This document shows, piece by piece, positions 54,394 through 61,494 of a stretch of DNA of 64,000 nucleotides (the first letter of the stretch is position 1; the number at the start of each line of letters is the position of its first letter). Source of the stretch: a virus. The stretch covers positions 32,001 to 96,000 of IMG/VR virus record IMGVR_UViG_3300030108_004965, one strand, 5' to 3'. A model generated the notes under the pieces. It made no database searches and was not told the origin of the DNA. It saw only the letters and a program-made list of their open reading frames with translations. The translations under genes and the position numbers were made by a program.

Positions 54394-55458
54394 TTAGTCC
54401 TTCTTAGCACCAAGGATCTCGATCATGTAATCACGAACAGAAGAACCGTTGGAAAGTTGCACAGAATGGACACCAGAAGCGTTGTGACGCTGTTCAGCAC
54501 CTGAAGCAATAACAGTCCAGAAAGACATGCCAATCTCCGATGGTAGCGTGATCATGTACTCAGCAACATTTTTCAGTTGATCAGCAGACAACTTATCATC
54601 GAAGCACTTAGATTGCTTGAACTTCTCGATAAGAGCGTTGTGGTCGTTGATCTTGAAGTCTTTGGTCAAATCAAGTTTGCCTTCATCCAAGATGTTCTCG
54701 ACAGTTACAATCTTCTTGTAGTTTGCAACGAAGTCATTGAAAGCGACCGCACCCTCGAAGCCAATGAAAGAAGAGGCAAGGTGATAAAGCACAGGGCTTT
54801 GCTTAATCTCCCCATTCATCGAGAGTAGAGCGTCTGAAAGACGAACCCAAGAGCGACGAGAAGGATAAACCTTGTTAGGCTCGTATTCATCGGTATGTTC
54901 AAGGTGTTGATGGTTTTGGTTGATGAAGTCCCAGATTTGAGAAACTACGTTTCCATCTGCCCAATCGAGCCAATCTTCAACCGTAGGTTGTACATCAAAG
55001 ACAGTATAGCGATCCAGTTCCGCTGGATCCATTTCACCAACTTGATACTGTGCCCCGTGTTCTCCACCGTTTACACAAGCAAAGATAAGGGTGTCGGGGT
55101 GTAGGGTATACCCTGCGATCTTCCGACTGTCGCATAACTCGAAGATACCTTGGCGAACTTCCATAGTTGCACGGTCTACTTCATCGAGGAATAGGATAGC
55201 AGGTTCATTGCAAGCGTTATGCAACCATTCTGGTGCAAGCCACGTAGTAACGTTGCCCTCTACCTTTGGTAGACCAAGCAAGTCACCTTCGGTCATCTGT
55301 GAAGCACGACGCTCGATGACAGGCAGACCACGGGCTTCTGCAATCTGATAGACGATAGCGGATTTACCGATACCGTGACGACCACGAATGAGAACAGGAA
55401 ACTTAGCGTCAAGGATGAAAGGAAGAACTGAGTTGAGAGTTTTGAAGTCAATAGCCAT
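54394..55458 (-). CDS. MoxR-type AAA+ ATPase
   Basis: GRHGIGKS Walker A, GDLLGLP, LFLDEVDRA Walker B, ACVN, MDPAELDRY, SRRSW. Confidence 0.9.
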   Translation of the reverse strand: MAIDFKTLNSVLPFILDAKFPVLIRGRHGIGKSAIVYQIAEARGLPVIERRASQMTEGDLLGLPKVEGNVTTWLAPEWLHNACNEPAILFLDEVDRATMEVRQGIFELCDSRKIAGYTLHPDTLIFACVNGGEHGAQYQVGEMDPAELDRYTVFDVQPTVEDWLDWADGNVVSQIWDFINQNHQHLEHTDEYEPNKVYPSRRSWVRLSDALLSMNGEIKQSPVLYHLASSFIGFEGAVAFNDFVANYKKIVTVENILDEGKLDLTKDFKINDHNALIEKFKQSKCFDDKLSADQLKNVAEYMITLPSEIGMSFWTVIASGAEQRHNASGVHSVQLSNGSSVRDYMIEILGAKKD

Positions 55459-55550
55459 AGTTGGCCTCCAAGGGTGTGTCCAGTAAGGACGGGTTATATA
55501 ATAAATAGTGATTGAGAATAGAAAGGTTGTTGTTTCGCTTTCATACTAAT

Positions 55551-55593
55551 AATGTATCATGCTATCAGAAAAAAGCAAGGTCAAAAAATGTCC
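55551..55593 (-). promoter_or_regulatory. class A promoter + palindrome (1 mismatch)
   Basis: TTGCTT-N16-TACATT; GGTCA-N5-TGTCC 55579-55593. Confidence 0.65.
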
Positions 55594-55757
55594 GTTTTTA
55601 TTTTGCCTCGACAGGCTCGTTTGTTGCGCTTCTTTTTTTTATCGGTGTGCGCTCCAGCACCGCTTCTTTGAAATGCGTGAACTGCTATCCAGTTACGCTC
55701 TTTGGGTTGTTTATTCTTCTTAGAAGATTTGCAGGGTGATCTACACTTGTATGACAT
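55581..55757 (-). CDS. 58-aa highly basic peptide (not in track)
   Basis: GGAGG RBS; ...RNWIAVHAFQRSGAGAHTDKKKKRNKRACRGK... Confidence 0.65.
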   Translation of the reverse strand: MSYKCRSPCKSSKKNKQPKERNWIAVHAFQRSGAGAHTDKKKKRNKRACRGKIKTDIF

Positions 55758-55771
55758 GGTGTCCTCCAGAT

Positions 55772-55843
55772 TTAAGCGTTAATGATACCAGCAAAGGCAT
55801 ACATAGTGAAAAGAAAGGCGATGTAGATAGTGATCAAAGTCAT
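55772..55843 (-). CDS. 23-aa hydrophobic micropeptide (not in track)
   Basis: first gene after class B promoter, GGAGG RBS; MTLITIYIAFLFTMYAFAGIINA*. Confidence 0.6.
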   Translation of the reverse strand: MTLITIYIAFLFTMYAFAGIINA

Positions 55844-55886
55844 AGTGACCTCCAAGTTGATCGGTTGTTGTTTCGGTTATATTATA

Positions 55887-55925
55887 CTCTTATCGGGTTA
55901 GGTTAGATTTGTCAAGAAAAAAGTT
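55887..55925 (-). promoter_or_regulatory. class B promoter
   Basis: TTGACA-N17(AACCCGA)-TAAGAG; near-identical to 56988 and 58259 copies. Confidence 0.75.
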
Positions 55926-56088
55926 TATTTTTTTCTATCACCTCGAAATTCTGGTCGAGTGTCCATTCCACCCCCCAACTGTTGTTAAGCCAATGGATTT
56001 TGGTTGTACTGGCTACTTTGTTTGTTTCTACTATTATCCCCAGCGCACGGGTGTGGACACGGTGTCTTACTAAATCTCCTATTTGCAT
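55912..56088 (-). CDS. GDLV-family microprotein, 58 aa (not in track)
   Basis: MQIGDLVRHR...LGIIVE...IHWLN...FEVI. Confidence 0.75.
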   Translation of the reverse strand: MQIGDLVRHRVHTRALGIIVETNKVASTTKIHWLNNSWGVEWTLDQNFEVIEKNKLFS

Positions 56089-56261
56089 AAGACCTCCAGT
56101 TTATTAATCCAGTAATCCCCAACTCCCATTCCATTGAGCCAATGAACAGTTACCATAGTATAAATGCTCTCCGATGGCGATGTTATTTTCCTGAGTTCAA
56201 CCACAATACCCATGCCTTGGTGCATATCACTTTCATGCATTACTAAAGTTCCTATTTCCAT
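56079..56261 (-). CDS. GDLV-family microprotein
   Basis: MEIGTLVMHE...MGIVVEL...VHWLNG...LEVLCK. Confidence 0.75.
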   Translation of the reverse strand: MEIGTLVMHESDMHQGMGIVVELRKITSPSESIYTMVTVHWLNGMGVGDYWINKLEVLCK

Positions 56262-56956
56262 TATTTACCTCGCTTTTTACGGGATACAAGTTTGATTGCT
56301 CGCTCTTGTCGAAGTTGTTCGCCCGAAGGGAACATTATTCTGTATGTTCGAGTTCCACCTTTGGTTTTGTTGTATGTCGCGACCTCATGGACAACAGAAG
56401 CATCTACTTCTGTGATGAAGCCCATCTCTTTGTGTTCTCCCTGCTTCTCCTGCCAGTAGGTATATTCAGACTTGCGAACCTGTACCAAGTCACCTACGGA
56501 GTAGAGTAGGGGCTTTTCAAAAGTGTCTCGAAGTCTTGGGGCTAACTTGGAAGAAGTAAGTCTATTGCAATCTTCGAGACACGGTACACTACCTTCCGTA
56601 TCACGGGAGGCATGCAACACAGCACGAGCAGTTCGCTTGCGGTTGTCGATGTGATGGGCATAAGCCGATTGTCTTGAAGTGAGGAAGAAGGTAGCCAAGA
56701 ACAGAACCCATTCGCGATATGCACCATCCTCTTGCCACATTATACGGTGGTTCTCACGTTCTTCATCAATCTTACTAGCCTTCTCGTCCGAGTTGCGTTC
56801 CATAAGAACCTGAGCGAACTGGGCTTGACCAGAAGTCAATGCGCCCCACTTCTTCAGGCTTCTCGCCATGTCCTCTAGGATGCCGCTGTCTCGCAGATTA
56901 TTGAGTTTGTAGGCGTTGTTCATAGCGTTGATAAGTTGGTTGTGAGTGATGGTCAT
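56261..56956 (-). CDS. hypothetical protein with C-terminal GDLV-family domain
   Basis: N-terminal helical region; YSVGDLVQVR...MGFITEV...YRIMF. Confidence 0.7.
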   Translation of the reverse strand: MTITHNQLINAMNNAYKLNNLRDSGILEDMARSLKKWGALTSGQAQFAQVLMERNSDEKASKIDEERENHRIMWQEDGAYREWVLFLATFFLTSRQSAYAHHIDNRKRTARAVLHASRDTEGSVPCLEDCNRLTSSKLAPRLRDTFEKPLLYSVGDLVQVRKSEYTYWQEKQGEHKEMGFITEVDASVVHEVATYNKTKGGTRTYRIMFPSGEQLRQERAIKLVSRKKRGK

Positions 56957-56987
56957 TGTGACCTCCATTGTTTTGGGTTATATAATA

Positions 56988-57026
56988 CTCTTATCGGGTT
57001 GAGTTAGATTTGTCAAGAAAAAAGTT
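56988..57026 (-). promoter_or_regulatory. class B promoter
   Basis: TTGACA-N17(AACCCGA)-TAAGAG. Confidence 0.75.
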
Positions 57027-57030
57027 TATT

Positions 57031-57213
57031 TTAGTTGTTATCGGCCATTCTGTCGGCAACCATTAGCATAGCCAAAACTGTCTCCCAAATCAAGTCGCTA
57101 TCTTCTTTCGACAAATGCTTGGTTTCCTCGATTGTTGCTTGTATAAGTCCGGCAAAACTTAGGTTCTCCGCTAACTTCCTTATATTCTCTTCTGCTTGTT
57201 CAAATGGTGTCAT
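57031..57213 (-). CDS. hypothetical helical microprotein
   Basis: ORF track, GGAGG RBS. Confidence 0.7.
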   Translation of the reverse strand: MTPFEQAEENIRKLAENLSFAGLIQATIEETKHLSKEDSDLIWETVLAMLMVADRMADNN

Positions 57214-57544
57214 AGCCAGCCTCCATCATTATCAATGCAAAGGAAGTCAAGAGTTCATCGGCTGTGTGATCTCTGCCACCAGCGATTTCAACCATGCGGT
57301 CGACCTTTCCTTCTTCATTACAAGCAAACACTAATGTTTCCAAGTAGCCCATTCGGGTGCTTTCCGAGATTACGAAGTGATTGATCTTCGTAGCACCACC
57401 AATCAAAGAGCCGTGATTGCTTGGGTATCCATCGCTATCAATATAAAGACCCCATTCGGGAGCATGGACAACATACTGCTTGATGTAGGTATCATCGGAA
57501 AACACTGTCTTTTCTGTTTCGTTTATTACCTTCGGTATCATCAT
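57200..57544 (-). CDS. hypothetical protein
   Basis: ORF track. Confidence 0.7.
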   Translation of the reverse strand: MMIPKVINETEKTVFSDDTYIKQYVVHAPEWGLYIDSDGYPSNHGSLIGGATKINHFVISESTRMGYLETLVFACNEEGKVDRMVEIAGGRDHTADELLTSFALIMMEAGYDTI

Positions 57545-57738
57545 TTATCACCTTCCTTTGTTGGTGGTTGGAAGCCCATAGAAGGCTTCTCTGTGGCTTC
57601 TGGTGGTGTTGCCCGAACCATCATGGGCATACCCCCCATTTGGGGTGGTAGAGTAGCACTGGACAGGGCTAACACAGTTATTACTTTGTTTAATAGTTCA
57701 TCGGAAATGTCGATGGTTAGTTTGATTTGATTACTCAT
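57541..57738 (-). CDS. hypothetical microprotein
   Basis: start MSNQIK, RBS in upstream LEVL codons. Confidence 0.7.
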   Translation of the reverse strand: MSNQIKLTIDISDELLNKVITVLALSSATLPPQMGGMPMMVRATPPEATEKPSMGFQPPTKEGDK

Positions 57739-57917
57739 AGTACCTCCAAGTATCGGGGATCGCACCATTGCAATCCGTTTAGTTTTTTTATTTCATGTCC
57801 GAGGAAATGGACACGGATAGTGTGGTGTCCTCGGATTGGTTTGTTGTCGATAAGCACGACAATGCCTGATCTGAAGCCAAGTGCGCTCCCCATTCTTACC
57901 AAGTCTCCTACTTGCAT
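57735..57917 (-). CDS. GDLV-family microprotein
   Basis: MQVGDLVRM...GIVVLI...VHFLG...YLEVL. Confidence 0.78.
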   Translation of the reverse strand: MQVGDLVRMGSALGFRSGIVVLIDNKPIRGHHTIRVHFLGHEIKKLNGLQWCDPRYLEVL

Positions 57918-58069
57918 ATTACCTCCAAATCCCACACAGACATATTGCATATATCCCCATCATTCCAAAGGACTTCCACTTCATTGTCGTCGCCTATCTG
58001 TTCGGGGTCTATACAGGCAATGATACCGATGTGTCCTTGGTCGTGTCTAACTAAGTCTCCTACTTTCAT
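57908..58069 (-). CDS. GDLV-family microprotein, 53 aa
   Basis: MKVGDLVRHDQGHIGIIACI...VLWNDG...DLEVICK. Confidence 0.78.
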   Translation of the reverse strand: MKVGDLVRHDQGHIGIIACIDPEQIGDDNEVEVLWNDGDICNMSVWDLEVICK

Positions 58070-58227
58070 ACGGCCTCCAAGTCGTCGGGGTTGCTTGTCC
58101 AAGTCTTTGCTCCACTGTGTTCTCCAAACCATTGGACATGGTGGTGAAAACCTACTATCTCGATGATGACACCGAGACACTGTGTGTGTCTGCAAGATAC
58201 CAATGTTCCTACTTTCCAGTTTCGCAT
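58066..58227 (-). CDS. GDLV-family microprotein, 53 aa (not in track)
   Basis: MRNWKVGTLVSC...LGVIIEI...VQWFG...DLEAV. Confidence 0.75.
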   Translation of the reverse strand: MRNWKVGTLVSCRHTQCLGVIIEIVGFHHHVQWFGEHSGAKTWTSNPDDLEAV

Positions 58228-58258
58228 AAGACCTCCAAGTCTTTTTGGTTATATTATA

Positions 58259-58297
58259 CTCTTATCGGGTTGAATTGGATTTGTCAAGAAAAAAGTT
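58259..58297 (-). promoter_or_regulatory. class B promoter
   Basis: TTGACA-N17(AACCCGA)-TAAGAG. Confidence 0.75.
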
Positions 58298-58530
58298 TAT
58301 TTTAGTTCTATGACCTCGAAGCAGTGGGAGTATTCCATTTCGAGTTCTTCTTCTGTGTATGATAGGATGGTGGTGTAGTCCTTCCCTAGTCCACGCACAT
58401 TTCGGGGGCAAACCCAATAAATACTGTAAATGTTATCACCACGATAGTCTACATAGACTTGGAAAACTACGCCTGTATCTCGACAACCTCCAGTTGTATC
58501 TATGATAAGTTGTCCAAGTTTCAGTTTCAT
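58297..58530 (-). CDS. GDLV-family microprotein
   Basis: LKLGQLIID...TGVVFQV...IYWV...FEVI. Confidence 0.72.
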   Translation of the reverse strand: MKLKLGQLIIDTTGGCRDTGVVFQVYVDYRGDNIYSIYWVCPRNVRGLGKDYTTILSYTEEELEMEYSHCFEVIELK

Positions 58531-58688
58531 AATGCCTCCAAGTCACAGGGGTCTAGCCACCCACCAGTTTGGTGTTGTATCTCGAACCAATAAACCCTTG
58601 CATATGTTTTCGATCCCCATTCCATAACATGGGTTACAACACCCATCAGCCCGTTGACTTCGCCTCTTATCAAATCTCCAACATTCAT
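58527..58688 (-). CDS. GDLV-family microprotein, 53 aa (not in track)
   Basis: MNVGDLIRGEVNGLMGVVTHV...VYWF...DLEAL. Confidence 0.75.
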   Translation of the reverse strand: MNVGDLIRGEVNGLMGVVTHVMEWGSKTYARVYWFEIQHQTGGWLDPCDLEAL

Positions 58689-58897
58689 TTCGCCCCCTTA
58701 AATCTTTTGATTTCATATCGAGCCATAGGGAAGTTGTATGTTGTTCCGTCTTTTTTATACCAGTCAATCTGGTAGCCATGTCTTTGGTTCTTATATTCTA
58801 CGACCATTCCGAAAAGTCCGAGGACATTGTGGTTCTGGTCTAGTTTCTTCCCAGCCGCAGATAGTTCGACCAGTTCGCCATTCTCTATTCTTTTCAT
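58685..58897 (-). CDS. GDLV-family microprotein
   Basis: IENGELVEL...FGMVVEY...IDWY...YEIKRF. Confidence 0.7.
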   Translation of the reverse strand: MKRIENGELVELSAAGKKLDQNHNVLGLFGMVVEYKNQRHGYQIDWYKKDGTTYNFPMARYEIKRFKGAK

Positions 58898-59064
58898 AGT
58901 GCCTCCAGCACTTGCTTTGTTGCGTAGTATTCCCAGTCTAAGGACTGGTCAAGGGTTATTACTTTGTAAACGGGGTCATCTGTTGCAAGGTCATCATAGG
59001 TTATACCAACGATAAGCACGATCTCCTCGACAGTTTTGTCAAACGCTATGTCTCCTATTTGCAT
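58894..59064 (-). CDS. GDLV-family microprotein, 56 aa (not in track)
   Basis: MQIGDIAFDK...LIVGI...YKVI...VLEAL. Confidence 0.75.
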   Translation of the reverse strand: MQIGDIAFDKTVEEIVLIVGITYDDLATDDPVYKVITLDQSLDWEYYATKQVLEAL

Positions 59065-59225
59065 ATTACCTCCACATATTTGTTGGGCAAAGACAGTTCA
59101 TACGTGTTTCCCACCGCCTTGGTTAAACCGATGATTTTCCAGCGGTTAAACTCGTTGGATACCCTTGCGGTTACGATCCCGATTTCATCGGTAGTTGTTA
59201 TTCTTACTAAACTTCCTATTTGCAT
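59055..59225 (-). CDS. GDLV-family microprotein, 56 aa (not in track)
   Basis: MQIGSLVRITTTDEIGIVTA...YVEVICK. Confidence 0.75.
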   Translation of the reverse strand: MQIGSLVRITTTDEIGIVTARVSNEFNRWKIIGLTKAVGNTYELSLPNKYVEVICK

Positions 59226-59413
59226 GTTACCTCCATAGGGTAGGAAATAAGTTTCAAGTCATAATCCTCATACCACCCGTTATGCTGGGGAGTAGAGGGG
59301 AAGTGTACTTCATAGGCACGTTGCTTCTTTCCGCTTTCTGGAAAGATCCAGCCAAGAGCCACGATAAAACCGATGTTGCCAAGCCCATCATCTACTAAAT
59401 CACCTATTTGCAT
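59216..59413 (-). CDS. GDLV-family microprotein, 65 aa
   Basis: MQIGDLVDDGLGNIGFIVAL...YEVHF...MEVTCK. Confidence 0.78.
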   Translation of the reverse strand: MQIGDLVDDGLGNIGFIVALGWIFPESGKKQRAYEVHFPSTPQHNGWYEDYDLKLISYPMEVTCK

Positions 59414-59592
59414 ATTACCTCCAACCTGTGGCACTCCCACCAATGCTCGTAGCCTTCTGGTGTCCAGCAAACAAGAGCCGTGGGGTTGCTGGTGATAGTT
59501 GAACATTCAACAATCTTGACTACAATCCCGAAGGAAACACCAAAGGTGTTGACTTGGTTGTCTTTTATCTTCACTAAATCTCCTACTTTCAT
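59404..59592 (-). CDS. GDLV-family microprotein
   Basis: MKVGDLVKIK...FGIVVKI...VCW...LEVICK. Confidence 0.78.
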   Translation of the reverse strand: MKVGDLVKIKDNQVNTFGVSFGIVVKIVECSTITSNPTALVCWTPEGYEHWWECHRLEVICK

Positions 59593-59759
59593 GATACCAC
59601 CTCACACATAAAGTAAAGCCATTCTTTCTCGACACCTTCACAAAGAACAGTGTAAGTGCCATTCATAGCGTTTAGCCGAAGGCAAAGCCCAACATAGTGT
59701 TGGGGTTGCCCTCCAGTGTAGTCAGTGTATTGTATCAGTGATCCAACTTCATCATTCAT
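59589..59759 (-). CDS. GDLV-family microprotein, 56 aa (not in track)
   Basis: MNDEVGSLIQY...VGLCL...YTVL...CEVVS; first gene after class A promoter. Confidence 0.7.
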   Translation of the reverse strand: MNDEVGSLIQYTDYTGGQPQHYVGLCLRLNAMNGTYTVLCEGVEKEWLYFMCEVVS

Positions 59760-59789
59760 AATGTCTCCAGTTGTTTGGGTTATGTTAGT

Positions 59790-59832
59790 AATGTATCACG
59801 ATTTGAAGATTTGTCGAGGACAGAAAATGACC
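59790..59832 (-). promoter_or_regulatory. class A promoter + palindrome (1 mismatch)
   Basis: TCGACA-N16-TACATT; GGACA-N5-TGACC 59818-59832. Confidence 0.72.
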
Positions 59833-59835
59833 GTT

Positions 59836-60735
59836 TTATAGCCAAAGTTGTATAAGGTCGGTCACACCTTCTTCATAGAGTTTTTCTTGTGAGCGTTTTT
59901 TCGTTAGGAACTCCATTGCTTTGGCATGCCCTTCTTCTATCCACTCCGCACCAAGGGGAGTTTTGGAAGGAGACAAGACAGATATAAACTGGGGTTCGTT
60001 CCAAGAGTATCGAGAACCTGTGTATTTCACCAAGTTTCGTTCAAGACTATTGCTTATTCTAACTCCTATACCATCTGTGCCGAAGGAAACAAGTTTTGTC
60101 TCGTTGCCGATCTGGACTGTGACTTTGAGGTGCTGTCTGTAATCGTCTTTTCGATAATCATAACCGTTGCTGTGTGTTTTACTTCCGCAGAATAAAGACA
60201 GTTCATGCCAGTTTACATCTGTAACAACTCCGATAAACTCTTCGGTTGTACGGTTGTTACCATAGCCGCTCTCGGTCTTTAGGTTGAGTAATGCTCCTTC
60301 GGAGATACCCATTTGCTCGACAAATACCTGATGGAACATTTTACGCCAGTTGCGATTGGCATTGATAGCATCGGTGTTGTAAGCGTCCATATCTTCGCAG
60401 TGTCTACGATTGTGTTCTGTTGAACCACAGAACCCACACTTCGATTTAGACCGCTTGCGACCAGTGTTGCCACGTTTTTTGGCGGCTTCTTGCTTTGCAT
60501 AAGCGTTCATGCAGTTTTGATACCACTCTCCCCAATACTTTGGGTTCTTGTACCAATGACAGGTAGCAGTAGACTTACTTACCCCGATGGGTATCACGGG
60601 AGGAGACTTTGTAAACCAAGCATAGTCCTCGGCTACACGGGGGCAGTTGGTTGCGTTGTGCCCTTCTGCTCGGCAGTAGGAACATTTTGATTTACTTCTG
60701 TAAGAAGTGTTTCCGCTGTTGTTGTATATATTCAT
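59836..60735 (-). CDS. double CCHC zinc-knuckle protein (paralog of 61792..62784)
   Basis: CSYCRAEGHNATNC and CGFCGSTEHNRRHC, both CX2CX4HX4C. Confidence 0.82.
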   Translation of the reverse strand: MNIYNNSGNTSYRSKSKCSYCRAEGHNATNCPRVAEDYAWFTKSPPVIPIGVSKSTATCHWYKNPKYWGEWYQNCMNAYAKQEAAKKRGNTGRKRSKSKCGFCGSTEHNRRHCEDMDAYNTDAINANRNWRKMFHQVFVEQMGISEGALLNLKTESGYGNNRTTEEFIGVVTDVNWHELSLFCGSKTHSNGYDYRKDDYRQHLKVTVQIGNETKLVSFGTDGIGVRISNSLERNLVKYTGSRYSWNEPQFISVLSPSKTPLGAEWIEEGHAKAMEFLTKKRSQEKLYEEGVTDLIQLWL

Positions 60736-60737
60736 GA

Positions 60738-60989
60738 TTACTTCTCCTGTGAAGTTCGGGGTGTTTGTCCACCTGTGGACTTTGGTTTTTTAGGTTGTTT
60801 TTTAATGGGCATATAACACAAGCCCTCTTGTATCATTACAGAAGCGGTGCGACCGAAGAAGCCCTGCATAGACCATGCAAGTCCTGTGTCAATAAGGTGT
60901 TGCCACGCTTGAATGTATTGCTCGTCGCTATCGGCTTCTTGTGCGCCTTCGGCTATCATCGTAGCCTCTAAGTTAGTTAGTTTCTTCAT
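60738..60989 (-). CDS. hypothetical phage protein (AWQHLIDTG.AW..QG.FGR.A motif)
   Basis: start MKKLT after GGAGG; own promoter. Confidence 0.72.
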   Translation of the reverse strand: MKKLTNLEATMIAEGAQEADSDEQYIQAWQHLIDTGLAWSMQGFFGRTASVMIQEGLCYMPIKKQPKKPKSTGGQTPRTSQEK

Positions 60990-61020
60990 CGAAACCTCCA
61001 TTTGTTTGGGTTATACTATA

Positions 61021-61063
61021 AGTGTATCACGGTGGTGGGATTTTGCAAGGACAAAATATGTCC
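61021..61063 (-). promoter_or_regulatory. class A promoter + palindrome
   Basis: TTGCAA-N16-TACACT; palindrome 61049-61063. Confidence 0.72.
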
Positions 61064-61067
61064 GTTT

Positions 61068-61220
61068 TCATAATAGTTCGAGATTACAGCCGTTGTAGCC
61101 TTGTTTGTATTTTTCATCGAACCAGTAGACCACCCACCTATCGACACAACCTACTTGCCATAGAATAATACCTATGCCTTCGCCACAGCCGTCTGTTACC
61201 AAATCACCTACTCCGAACAT
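61068..61220 (-). CDS. GDLV-family microprotein, 50 aa (not in track)
   Basis: MFGVGDLVTDGCGEGIGIIL...VYWFD...NLELL. Confidence 0.75.
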   Translation of the reverse strand: MFGVGDLVTDGCGEGIGIILWQVGCVDRWVVYWFDEKYKQGYNGCNLELL

Positions 61221-61221
61221 G

Positions 61222-61494
61222 CTACACCTTCCCACTGTCTACATTTTGTACTACAAGTAAAGGTTCACCATTCGCATAGGAGGCTGAGACAAACGCATAT
61301 TCGCTCACAAATGCCCCTTGGTTGAGTTCCTTGTGGAAATGCTTAACCTCACCGCTGGTGAGCCACAAACGCTCGTCAGGGGTAACATATGCGCTTGCTG
61401 TGGCAAACTCATGAACATCGCCCGACCATTCGCCTCGGTTCTCTTCTGCTAGCATTTTGGCTGTTTTCATTATTATTTCCAGTTTATCGTTCAT
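61222..61494 (-). CDS. hypothetical protein
   Basis: start MNDKLE after GGAGG. Confidence 0.7.
   Translation of the reverse strand: MNDKLEIIMKTAKMLAEENRGEWSGDVHEFATASAYVTPDERLWLTSGEVKHFHKELNQGAFVSEYAFVSASYANGEPLLVVQNVDSGKV

Noticed and set aside
57735-59759. Diversity-generating retroelement or integron behind the microprotein array
   Set aside because: No reverse transcriptase, TR/VR pair with A-specific mismatches, integrase or attC palindromes visible in the window.
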